From: Catajapyx aquilonaris
Lineage: Eukaryota
Assembly: GCA_000934665.2 (NCBI GenBank)
Contig: JYFJ02003530.1
Coordinates: forward strand, 1-41,189
DNA: 41,189 bases
Reading direction: 5' to 3'
Numbering within the stretch: the stretch's first letter is position 1; the number at the start of each line of letters is the position of its first letter. The notes under the pieces were generated by a model. The model searched no databases. It was not told the DNA's origin and saw nothing but the letters and a program-made list of their open reading frames with translations. This document shows, piece by piece, positions 11,157-22,493 of the stretch. Both the position numbers and the translations under genes were made by a program.

Positions 11157-12562
11157 CGCTGGCATTAAAAAATTCTGCTGGCGAAACTATAGCGTTTTCC
11201 CACTATGTAACATGGTTTCTGTGTGGCTTTTTAAATATTCTCTCGCGTAAAAAATCGCGAGCTTTGGACTACAAAATCGTGCATAAATAAACCGGATTAA
11301 CCAGATTAACTTGAATGAAATCATCTTTTTGCAGCCGCTGAAAAAAAAAACTGCAAAAAAAAAGAATCCGACCTTGACTGGCAAATTTTTGGCATACATA
11401 GTTGCCCCCAAACCTCCTCAAGAGATTCCACCCTAAAATTAGTGCAAAATATAATTCAATAATTTTAAAATAAATAAATAATGTTCGTAAATGCCAATTA
11501 GCGGCTGGCGGGCTTCTGCGCACTTCAACGCTGGCCTCCGTATGGCTCGAAGGGCGCACGCCCTGCGCAGTTTTTGAATACCTGTGGTGAAAGGGATGTT
11601 TATACACGTGAGGGGTTGTGTTTATCAATATAACTCGCCTAGCAGGCCTGTGACGTAATTCATGCCATGTGCTTATGTACTGCTTTGTTCAGCGGTGCCA
11701 AGGCTACATACCGAAATACTTTTTGTCAAGCAGGCAGAGTGACAAAAAATTGGAGTAGGCACAAAACATACCCCCTGTGCCACCTTGTTGTGCGTTCGAT
11801 AATTTCCACTGCGTATGGTATGAGAGGAGGGTCACATAGTTGGCCTGGCGGGAGCCTTTGTTTTGTGTAGAAAATGCTGCGAGATGTACTGTTATGACCC
11901 ACTGTATCGATCACGTGACACAGTGGCAGTCTCCAGGTTTTGTTCAGGACCCCATGTCAAAAACATCATTCAGCTAAGTAGATGGATAGAGTGCAGCATG
12001 TGGGATTTTGTAATGGTTGAAAAAGCAATATGGCTGATGCTCAGGTGAAGCAGGAGAAAACAACTGGCAAAATGCGGGGAGGTACTGAAGATGTTACCGG
12101 AACTAAACAGCACCTATTCTTACTCCAAAAACTGGGTCATGCCTGAGGTTTCTGAATCTGGGTACCTGGCATGTTGGTTCAGAGTAAGTCCATTGAAAAA
12201 GGAGCAGTCCCTGATTTCACAAATCAGGGACTGCTCCATCTTCATGGCACTAACTCCAAACCAATAAGTTGGGGAACCGAAATTTTGAGGTTTCATAATG
12301 ACATGAAAACGTACGATTCATTGAGAGCAAAACTTCAGGCAGCGAAACCTGTCGCTTGGTCCCTGTCACTTGCTCACAACAATGGAAACAGTTGCAACAA
12401 TATTGGACAGAGCAGGGGATTAGGCAGGTGGCCATCCACATATCTTTGGAGGTTGAAATCATGTGCCGGGAAACAGTTGTTTCACTACCTCCCCCCAAGA
12501 TGGTAGCACATTAAAAGGAATGCATCAACACTGTACACATGATGTGAGATTGGTCAACATAC

Positions 12563-12690
12563 GGCGTTCAAGCTGCTCCTGAATGACCAGGTGCCTGATT
12601 TCAGCTCTCTCTTGAAGAAAGTTCTTCAACTTTTCACTGGCTTCCATATCAGTTGACTGAAACCTTAGTGGTGGGAAAGGCATACCAAAG
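12563..12690 (-). CDS. KIF23: KIF23 exon 6 (neck / start of coiled coil)
   Basis: ttccttgcag ... gtatgt; (YS)FGMPFPPLRFQSTDMEASEKLKNFLQERAEIRHLVIQEQLER. Confidence 0.88.
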
Positions 12691-12720
12691 CTGCAAGGAA
12701 ATAGAAATTAGTTAAAATTA

Positions 12721-13465
12721 CAGTCGAATCCCTCTATAACGAAATTGAAGGGAACCAAATTTTCTTTCGTTATATGTGAAATTCGTTATATATAAAAACA
12801 CGTTTACACCTCCCTTTTTTCAATATTTAGGCGTTATATTAAGCCCTGGTAGCGGGAAAAATAGTTACAAATTCTTCCGTGCAAAATTAGATTATCTCAC
12901 AAAGCACAGCGCAAAGTCGACAACAATAAGCTGCAGCAATTCGGCCGATCAGCTAACCCGCGCGCCGGCATAATATGCCAGCACACATAGTAGACCCAAG
13001 GGGGGGAAAAAAGGAAATGGTGGGGAAAGATGATAAGGAAAGGTCAGGCACTTATCTCCTGTGAATATTCCCAAGTTTTAACCATCTGCCTCCTTCCCTG
13101 GGGGGGCCACATGCTAGGCTCAATAAATCCAGTAGGCAGCTCTGAGTCACTGTGCGACAGCCCTCCCCCCTCCCAGAGAATCCTTTCCCTTCCATTAGGA
13201 CCCCAAATTATCAACTTTTGGAGGGAATGTGTGAAAAATGGTTGAATCCGAACACACAGCTGTGATTTATGGCCCAATTTGCCAACTTCCGCCCTTTTCA
13301 GAGAGGTGGGACTGGCGGAGCGATATTTTTTCGTTATATGCAAACCGAAACCGAAAATCCTTTCGTTAAAAGGGAATATTTTTAACATGGGTTTATATGG
13401 GGCCTCTGACGGTCACAAATTTTCTTTCGTTATAAGCGGATTTTCGTTATAGAGGGATTAGGCTG
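12721..13465. mobile_element. Tigger/pogo-type MITE filling most of the GC-AG intron
   Basis: TA|CAGTCGAATCCCTCTATAACGAAA ... TTTCGTTATAGAGGGATTAGGCTG|TA; internal TTCGTTATA repeats. Confidence 0.85.
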
Positions 13466-13498
13466 TAATTCAGTACGTAAATAAAACATGCAACATGC

Positions 13499-13784
13499 CT
13501 GTAAGCTGGGATATGTAGTGCTGGTTCAGGGAGGACCCTGGTCAGCTGGACTTCTTGTGCCTTCTCAGCAAAGCGCAGTACATGCATGTTTTCATCACAG
13601 TCTACCATCCTGGGATTAACACATATCACCATCTCCACTTTTCCATCTTTCTCAAAAAAATTCTTGAAATAATACGTGATTTTGGCATCACGGTATGGCA
13701 CCATTTTGTTTGTCCCTTCCAACTGATTTTCTCTCAAAATCTCTAAGCAGGTCCGGAGAGTCAAAAGAGAATTGTTGATACTTC
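13499..13784 (-). CDS. KIF23: KIF23 exon 5: end of motor domain and neck; ends at a GC donor
   Basis: [47 protein letters not shown]|gcatgt is the only nearby donor in the phase exon 6 needs. Confidence 0.9.
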
Positions 13785-13969
13785 CTGTAATAAGCAAGAT
13801 GATCTACATTAAAGACGGTATTAACAACTTAGGAGTTAACATGGTCTAATAGGTGTATGGAAACATAGTAGGCCTGTGTCAGCCTACATGTAAACAAATT
13901 AATAAAACAACTCATTAAAAATAACAGGCATAAGCATTGATGCAATGTCTGTATGTGTAAGGTACATAC

Positions 13970-14301
13970 CAGTTTCCCTGAGACGTTCACCAGTATTGTT
14001 AGTCCTGGCAGTCCTTTCACTCCCAGCAAGATCTACCAGTGACAGCTGGCTGATATGTACATTAACCGGAGGGGTCACCAGGCCAGTTGAATCTACAGGT
14101 GCTTGTACCAGCCTTACATTGAATACACAATGACTTCGGCTAGACTCGGAGTTAAGAACAGTGTGTGCTACTCGTCTGCGCCGCTGCCCTAGCATGAACA
14201 CATCCATGGCTTCCTGAGCTGACTTGACTTCAACCTCAGTTACTCCATGAATGTATATCATGTGGTTGCCATCCTCCCGTAGCATTTTAGGCTGCACACT
14301 T
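13970..14301 (-). CDS. KIF23: KIF23 exon 4: switch I and switch II
   Basis: ttacag ... gtatgt; [41 protein letters not shown]. Confidence 0.96.
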
Positions 14302-14606
14302 CTGTAATAAGAAAGTGTTGTCAAATCATACTGCATGTCAATCTATGGTTTGCCACCTGTTATATGACCTGATTCTAGGCCCACTACTTCACTTGCAACT
14401 CATCTTTTTCGCTCAACTTATCATGCAATCGTTCCACACCACCTGATGAACCAAAGATGTTGCATTACTTCGCTCACTACCCTCCAGCACTTCTAAGGAC
14501 ATTAAAAAATTCACAGGTCCACATTATCTTATTTGAGGTACAGGTTGAAAATCTTTTATCTGAAATGTTTGGGATGGGAAGAGTTTAGGCTTGAGGAATA
14601 CTTGTA

Positions 14607-15118
14607 CAGTTGACTCCAGATATAAGACTTCAAGGGACCGCAGGAAAAAAGTCTGTTATAGCCAAACTGCATGTTTTGCAACAAATACCGAAGTTTTCTG
14701 CTCTCCATATGCTTATAATGCACACTACTCCATACATTAATGAAACTATCCACAAAAATTCAAAATTAGCTCTGCAGGACCAAAAAAATTCAGTAATTTT
14801 CTTCTGACATCTCCCTGCTGCCCAATATACCAGAAAAAGTATGACTTTGAGTAGCTGAGATCAGTGACAGATGCGAAAATCACCCGCCTATAGTATTTTG
14901 TGCCTTCCTGCACTTCGGAAAGGAAGTTGAATAAATAAAACATTTTCCCGCCGAGGGGCCAAGCAATGGTCTGTTATAGCCGAGGTGTTGTGAAAATGAG
15001 TCTGTCATATCAGGAGTAAAAATACACAGGGCCTTATGGAAGTATGCAAGACCAGCCTTTCGAGTCTGTTATAACCGAAGTCCGTTATAACAGAGGCTGT
15101 TATATCCGGAGTCAACTG
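14607..15118. mobile_element. Tigger/pogo-type MITE
   Basis: TA|CAGTTGACTCCAGATATAA ... TTATATCCGGAGTCAACTG|TA; internal TCTGTTATA repeats. Confidence 0.85.
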
Positions 15119-15257
15119 TATATTTTCATCTATAAAACTTGATTGCCTGTTAGAATGCATTGACTCCCACCACCCATAATGAATCACTTATCAGATGTGA
15201 TCCAAACTACCATGACCTGTATACTGATCCAAGCCACTTGCACTAGAGCTTCTCAAA

Positions 15258-15540
15258 TGTCACCTGTTCTCCTGCCCCTGCCCAGGATTGGCCAGCGATT
15301 GTCACCACCCCTCGCAGGAGGTTACTGGTAATCAGGCAATTGTTCATAGCTTTGGCCGATGTGATACCATCAACTCTAGCGGCTATAAAGAGATGATGAG
15401 AGGGCCTCCGAGGCGGTGAACGGAGCAGCCTACTTTGTCACCACGGGTCATAGACTTAGGGCATGGACACTCTCAGCAGTTGACCGGGGGGTCCATACGT
15501 GAATAAATAATATACTAAACTATGTGATGTACCAGCGACA
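15258..15540 (+). mobile_element. Putative solo LTR
   Basis: TGTCAC...GCGACA termini, internal TATAAA (~15384) and AATAAA (~15502), flanks TCAAA/TCATA (5-bp TSD, 1 mismatch). Confidence 0.5.
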
Positions 15541-16062
15541 TCATATGGCAGTGATCAACTGTGCAGGAGAACCTTCATCAAACCCCTGTGTGCTACAAAG
15601 CTGGTGTTGTATAAGTTTCAGTCTTGAAACTTATACAAAATCAGCTTCGCAGCACACTGGGGCAACAGCTTTTGAACTGGCTTTCACGTATGTCTATAAG
15701 AAATTATCATTGGTGATGCAAATTTCGAAGCAATTCTCAGCAAAGAAATTCCTCAAATGTTTGTGTTGAACACTTGATTAATTAAAAATCATTCCTAGTA
15801 ATTTATTCATACTGTGCCAACTTCACCTACAGTTTCATTTAAGTAATTCATAGGCTATAACTCGATAATATTTTTGTGTTTTTTCGAAGCTAATATTACG
15901 CCCTTGTATATTGTTCAAACGTTTCTGTCAATTAGTCTCTGCTGTAAGACATCTTTAAAAAAAAATTTAAACACTGTTCAAAAATCCGGTCAGCTACTCC
16001 CACAGGGGGTACCCCCTGCTCTTGTAAAGCGCGGATCTCGCATCTAAGTTCCCAGGCCAGGT

Positions 16063-17025
16063 TTGGTAAGATCAAGGGTTGCTGTGGGGGATTTGTTGCC
16101 TCCTTGGCGTTGGTGGCGCCCGCAGCTGCACGAGTGGGAATGGGAGGATTTCCCTAGTGAGGGGGAGATTTTCATCTTTACGGATGGGTCCGTTGTTGAT
16201 GGTGGGGCTGGTGGTGCCATCGTGGTCCTCGATCGTCGCTATCGGGTGCTGCACGTGGATAGCGTCCCTTTTGTTCCGTCGGCTAACATTTTTGACATTG
16301 AGTTGTTCATGATTATGAAGGGTTTGGAATTGGCGTCCGTCAGATTTTCTGGCGTTTCTGTCTGGATTGTTTCGGACTCAAAGTCGGCTCTGCAAACCAT
16401 TGCGAACCCACGCACTGAGTCCTCCCATGCATTGCAGGCACGAGTATTTCTCGATGGCTCTGGGGGTAATTCCCAGCTTTGTTGGGTCAAAGCACACGCG
16501 GGATTCAAGGGCAATGAGTTGGCCGACTCAGAAGCGAGACTGGCAGCCACCCGAGTCGACGGACGTCATTTCCTGCCGGAGTGTCCCTCCTCGGTTCGAT
16601 CGCGACACTTCAGAGGGGCTCTAGATGCTTGGCAGACGAGGTGGGACGTGGTGGACACCGATAAATGGTACCATCCTTTTTTTCCTGCGGTGTCGACGCA
16701 TAGGAAGGTTTATGGGCACGTGACCCGGATGGTTTCCGGCCACGGGCCCTTCCGAGCTTACCTGGTCCGTTTCCGGCGGTTGAGGGACGATGCTGGGGAC
16801 GCGGCTCTCTGCCCGTGTGGACAGGGGAGGCAGGACGCCGCTCACGTGGTCTGGACCTGCTCCCTCCCAGAAATGACGGTGGCCCGGAAACTGCTCAGGA
16901 TCGCTGCAGTGTCCAGAGGACTAGGCTGGCCCTGCTCACGGGCTGCCCTGGTGACTCACGTCTGGGAGGTGTTCAACACCTTTTGTCTACGGGCGGACGC
17001 AGTGCTGTCGGACATAAATGCCTAG
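16063..17025 (+). mobile_element. 5'-truncated non-LTR retrotransposon (R1/I-group-like) ORF2 C-terminus: RNase H plus CCHC-type zinc finger
   Basis: FTDGS, DIELF, SDSKSAL, WVKAHAG..GNELAD RNase H motifs; SGHGPFRAYL.RF...CPCG...AHVVWTC; GC-rich island in AT-rich intron; no RT domain present. Confidence 0.9.
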
Positions 17026-17916
17026 CTTCGGGGCGGGACACAGGGCTAGGGCCTGGGGGATGCGTATGGGAGTGCTGCAGTAGAGTTGGGTCTTTGAGCA
17101 TTCAGGGCATTGCTTCCCCCTCCCCCCCATTTTTCCTTCCATACTTGTTTTTGCTTTTCGAAATCTTAAAATTTGCATAAATTTACCGAAAAAACTTGCA
17201 TTAAATGTACATTAAAATTCAACTGTTGTGAACTATCAGCTTTTCAGATCTTATTTGGCTCAGCTTTTTTTTAAATATAAATGCAATTTCTCTAACGTAA
17301 ATTCTATTAATCGTTTGATTGGAGTTCCTTTTGTGAGGACAGTAAATGTAAATTCTTATTCTTGATTAGCTTTTGAATAATTGTGGATGATGAGATACAT
17401 TGGCGCGGGGCCTTTATGGTCAGGTCGCCGTAACTCTGACACAGGGGGTTCCCCCTGGCCACGGTCATCCTGGGCCCCAGCCAGTTGTGCTCCAGCTTGA
17501 GATGCCACTCCAGAAGTCCACCATGTTGACATGGTGGGCTTGTGTGCAATTTCCCGCCCACCCTGCACATGCTGAGCCAGTAATGCCCTTAGCCATCTCC
17601 CTCTCTCCGCACACTTGCCTGATGAGGGGGAGACTGAGAGACTAAATTTGACCGACTTCCATCTTGTGGCACTGGAATTCGCAATTTCTGATTGGCCCTC
17701 AATCACGTCATACCCCCAGCTACTGAAATAACAGCTCGATACCACCAGAACCCTCGAGTGCTTGGCACGACAAGTCATTTCTCAATGTCGAGTGCGAGTG
17801 ACCTCGATCAGTATATGGGTCCATATCATTTTAAATCTATCCAAGTCGCAGTAAGTGAATACAAATTCTACATCTATTACACATCAATAACCACAGACCA
17901 GCAGCTTGCCCTGGCC

Positions 17917-18802
17917 CAGGGTTGGCAATAATCAATGATTATTTTAAAATAATCCAATAATCGGATTATTTTGATTATAATCAGATTATTTTAATATAAT
18001 AATATTATTTGTAGTACAGCACTTTATTTCATTTTCCTGATAAAAACCCCACCTGCTATTTGAAGAAAATCAAGAAATGTATGTCAATATTGTCAAACGT
18101 GTTACATTCCAAGGAAAGTGCATGATACAATATACAGTAAATCCTCGTTTAACACGGATTCAGCTTACTTGGGAGCGACTAGCCGACTACACTATTCAGT
18201 AGTGCACGTGTGTACATACCTGTAAGGCCGGGTACACTTACAGTATTATTGTACGCTACTGTATCTGTATTACGCAGAAAGCAGTGCCTGATGTACTACC
18301 TCTGTGGCTCTGTCATGTTCTCATGTACTGATTATGATAATTAAACTGTATTTTACTACACATATACAATAAGTCAAAACTCAAGAGTCAAGAGTTTTAA
18401 GTTTTAACTTTTTGACTGGTGAGTTTGTGATTATTGGTAGGATAAATGTATGACGAACCTGGTCCCCCAGGAACCTATCCCCCTATTTCCCAATTCCCAT
18501 AAGATTAAATGATTAATGTAATAATGTTTCACTTTACACGAAGTCACGAACCTATCCGGCTATCCCCGATGTTAAACGAGGATTGACTGTACATGGTACT
18601 ATGGTTCTTTGGTAGGATATTTTTTTAGCCTTTCAACATTTTAACTTCTTTAAATTATTGTTATTGTTGTTGTTGTTATTGTTATTATTATTGTTATTAT
18701 TATTAGTGATTATAATCAAGATTTTTCATTATAAATCAGTTGATTATAATCATGATTATAATCAATGATTATAATCAATTGATTATAATCATGCCAACCC
18801 TG
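17917..18802 (+). mobile_element. Non-autonomous hAT element (copy 1) with nested Tigger-like MITE at 18135-18589
   Basis: TIR CAGGGTTGGCA/TGCCAACCCTG, 8-bp TSD CCCTGGCC, subterminal TGATTATAATCA palindromes. Confidence 0.92.
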
Positions 18803-19023
18803 CCCTGGCCCCTCCCCCCCCCCACCCCCCGCCAAAAAACAAAACAAATTCAAACCAACACAAAATGGTACCAGTCCAATTATAGTGTTAACTAGGGTGC
18901 AGGTATTACTTGGCAACTTAATGTCACTTTCGGCAAGGTCTAGGCTCAAAATCCACTTTCACAAACTGCATACAAATCACATAAAAGTAATAAAATATAA
19001 AATATTTATTATACTGTACTTAC

Positions 19024-19164
19024 TTGGAATCATCTAAGAGGTCGTAGACACCTTTATTGTACATCTCCACATTCGTGACAAAGACAGCATACACGTATCC
19101 TTCTTGTACACCATCCACTTTGCAAGGATCCAACGTGAATATTGGATTTTCCCAATTATCATTC
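19024..19164 (-). CDS. KIF23: KIF23 exon 3 (141 nt, missed by ORF track)
   Basis: tttttccag ... gtaagt; translates NDNWENPIFTLDPCKVDGVQEGYVYAVFVTNVEMYNKGVYDLLDDS; phase 2/2. Confidence 0.93.
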
Positions 19165-19251
19165 CTGGAAAAATGGTAGAGAATGAGTATTGGCAAGTGT
19201 AACCGTTTTTCACATAATAAATTTCAACATCCACTCCCTATGTGACATCTA

Positions 19252-21169
19252 AGGGTCATTCTTACGAAACAGGCCAAACTGAGGTAAAGTTTAAAAAAAT
19301 ATTGAAAATCGTGATATCGTGGTGGTAATTTTTTCTGAGAAAGGGACGTCCCCTATAAGGAAGAAAAAAATATTGTCACAGCCCATCACTTTGTACTTCA
19401 CATATGCCATGCAAATAAAGAGACTGACAGGGTTAGAACTACTATCCGTTTATTTAATATAGGCCCCTGTGTTTGACTCTTAACAACTCCCAGGCAAATG
19501 ATCCAATAAATTAATGTGATATATCGTTGGAAAGCTTGTTTAAATCCACCTTACATATATGCGAGTTGTTTACCTATCTTCATTGTGTAATTTTTTTATC
19601 GCAGGAAGAAGGCGGAAAGGTGTCATTTTTTGACTAGTTGCCGACGAACAGACGTTACGCAGCAAAATGATTTTTTAAATGGCACTTCTCTGAGGCAAAA
19701 AATTCCCCCTGTGAACCCTGGATAGTGGAAATCTTTGTCTCTCTAATTATACAGGGTGACTCAACTTTTTTGTCCGAACAATTATCGGAAATATTGCACT
19801 AAGCTGCTTATTTTTTTAGCAGTGACGGCCCCTATGTTATGCTGCTTTGAGCTTTTCTTGCACTCCACTCCGACGTAACATACTGCTGAGGGCACGTCGC
19901 TGAGGGGTAACACACCAATCCAGAAAAAGTAACGTTGGCATATTCCAGCTTGCCGTATTTCTAGCCTCTTGCCTGCCCCCTACCTAACAATTTAATACTT
20001 CGTATAACCTCTGAATTAATTAAAAACATTATTTGCAATTATTTATACCATTTATTCTCAGAGCTCTTACACACATTCGACCCATTCAACAGTGTTTTTG
20101 GTACACCCTGTACGTCTTGGTTCAAAATAACCGTGAAATCAAAATCAGACACGCGAAAATGCCCGAAAATTATATTGTTATTACCTACATTTTAATTTTG
20201 ATTCTGCAAGTTCTTAAATTCCGTGGCAAATTTTTGGAACACCCTGTAGGTCTTGGTTTAAAAAAACAACCTAAAAATCGAAATCAGAGCCCCCGAAAAC
20301 ATTGGGAGACATGTTTTTACATACATAAACGGTTCTGTTCAGGAGCTATGGTCTTAGATAATGGTTTGTCTGATTTCCAACACTGGAAGGTAACGGAATG
20401 ACGGTAACGGAATGACGGTAACGGAATGACGGTAACGGAATGACGACCTCAGTTAAAATGGCCCCCTGACTGGCGCGCTTGCACTTTTTGACCAAAACAA
20501 GAATACTATCATGTCCGCTCACATGAAAGGCACCTATTCATGGTGTTTTTTCCCCATTAAGGTACGGTTAAGTGTACATTACAGAGTGGTAAAGGAATGA
20601 CGATTATGCTAAATACGCATCAGTTTCCTCGCTTGCAGGCTCCACTGCATCTCCCCTGCCAACTTGGGACTGACTGACTCATGTTGGGCTACTTCACAAG
20701 ACTTGCCAGAACAGATAGTCAGGGTTTTGAACACATTCGACTCATCTGGTGGGAAGTTATATGGCCTGATAGGTGCAAGTGAGGGAATGACGTGATTTAC
20801 GTGGGACAGCATATAAGGCTCACCCGTTCGGAGTAGTTTCATCAGTTGCAACCATTTATGCATCATGACGTCATTTTCAATAATGGAGAACATGCTCTGT
20901 CCGAAAATAAACTGATAGTTATTGTACTTCGCTGTATATTGCAGATCATAGTACTGAAAATGTAAATTGGGACAAGTGAAATAGTGATATTTCACTGATA
21001 CGGTAATTTTTATTTTTAAAGCAAATGCTAAATTTATTTATTTGATATGCTACCTACATTGGGCCCCTTAGGGGCTGTCCAAATAAAATATGAAACTGTG
21101 TGAATAGCATAATGTTGTTGACATATGGCGAAAGGACATCACTTTGGCCTGTTTCATGAGAATGACCCC
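19252..21169. mobile_element. Non-autonomous DNA transposon with nested repeats
   Basis: TA|AGGGTCATTCTTACGAAACAGGCCAAA ... TTTGGCCTGTTTCATGAGAATGACCCC|TA; 19435-19750 resembles an arm of the 37512-38540 fold-back. Confidence 0.72.
20389..20444. repeat. Tandem 14-mer (GGTAACGGAATGAC)x4
   Basis: Four exact head-to-tail copies. Confidence 0.93.
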
Positions 21170-21507
21170 TAAATAAGTATTAAATTGATGCTCTGTCTTG
21201 AGCCAGGTAAACCAGCTCACGGACCCAATTATAATAATTATTACGTATTATCATTTCTATCTTGATACGCCTCCCAAACATGGCCTGAGGAGTTAACATG
21301 CCGAGTAAGTGATATTTCATGAGGAATAAGTGTAGACCCACACACACATTGGCGAATTTTGATTGGTACTTCCATCCCATAGACACATGCAGTCTAGTGG
21401 GAAAGACTGACCTGAAAGACTACCAGCAAGCCCCAAATGATGTAGGGGAAACCGGGCCACAGTGGTCCACTTTTGCACATTTGATTTTTTTTTAAAGTTC
21501 CTGTTAT

Positions 21508-21873
21508 TATTATTTTTTATTATTATTATTTAGTTTACCCTGTGATGACCCTTATGGGTGCTATCTGCTATAGGGGGGTGGCATACCACCATCAGTTTTC
21601 TGTATATATTTTCAATTCACTCTCCAGTGCAAGGAAACAGGGACAATGGGAAAGGATAGGGATTTTTGGGGAGAGAACATGGGTGCAAGGTGCAATGTTG
21701 TAACTATGGGTCATGTGCTGTTCCCCAGGAGGTTAGGTTGCCAGACACCTCCAAGGTGCAGGTCAGAGACCCTCCTGACGCAGGTGAAAGGAAAGTTCCC
21801 CAGGCGGGATCGAACCTAGGGCCGTTCACTCAGCAAGCCAAGACGTTACCATCTCGGCCATCTACACCTCCCC
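21508..21873 (-). mobile_element. SINE family S1
   Basis: TSD agttcctgttat (21496-21507, 21874-21885); tRNA-like head, (TAA)n tail. Confidence 0.9.
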
Positions 21874-22126
21874 AGTTCCTGTTATATTACCTGTTATATA
21901 CCCAATATTTTCCGGCATCGTGGAGGTACTCACTGGTAATACATGTCTCTAATATATTCACAGGCTTTAAAATAATTTATTTTAGAAGCTGACCTTGCAT
22001 ATGGACCACTATACCCCGATACCCGGGGCACAGTGGTTGCGACCCATAATTCACACACGAAGTATATTTTATTTTTCATCGTACATCTAACCCCTCTAAA
22101 TAATAAGAAATAAGAGCAAAACCAGC

Positions 22127-22493
22127 CCACGGACACTTATACTACGTTCTGGCGTTATCACCTGCCGAGGCATTTTGCAGCGGCTGCTCACCTGAGACCG
22201 CCAGGAGACATTTAGGAGGCCACGATAAGTGGCGACCCTACCGGATTAGGCTGAACTTTATAGGTACGAAAGGGGAGGGCTACATTGGGGGGCCCAACAT
22301 GGCCGCCGGCGGCCATGTTGGGCCGGCATGTGGCCCTCCCCTTTCGTACCGATCAAGTTCAGCCTAATCCGGTAGGGTCGCCACTTATCGTGGCCTCCTA
22401 AATGTCTCCTGGCGGTCTCAGGTGAGCAGCCGCTGCAAAACTCCTCGGCAGGGGGTGGGTGGGAGTGACCAGACCTTACTTATATGACCGTGG
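22127..22493. mobile_element. GC-rich loopless palindromic element
   Basis: ~145-bp arms (22162-22452) centred on AACATGGCCGCC|GGCGGCCATGTT; outer CCACGG...CCGTGG termini. Confidence 0.8.

Noticed and set aside
11170..12500. Short ORFs in KIF23 intron 6 as a nested gene
   Set aside because: No recognisable domain or consistent splice chain; likely decayed repeat.
20389..20444. Possible CRISPR-like or telomeric array
   Set aside because: Head-to-tail 14-mers with no spacers, inside a transposon, in eukaryotic DNA.
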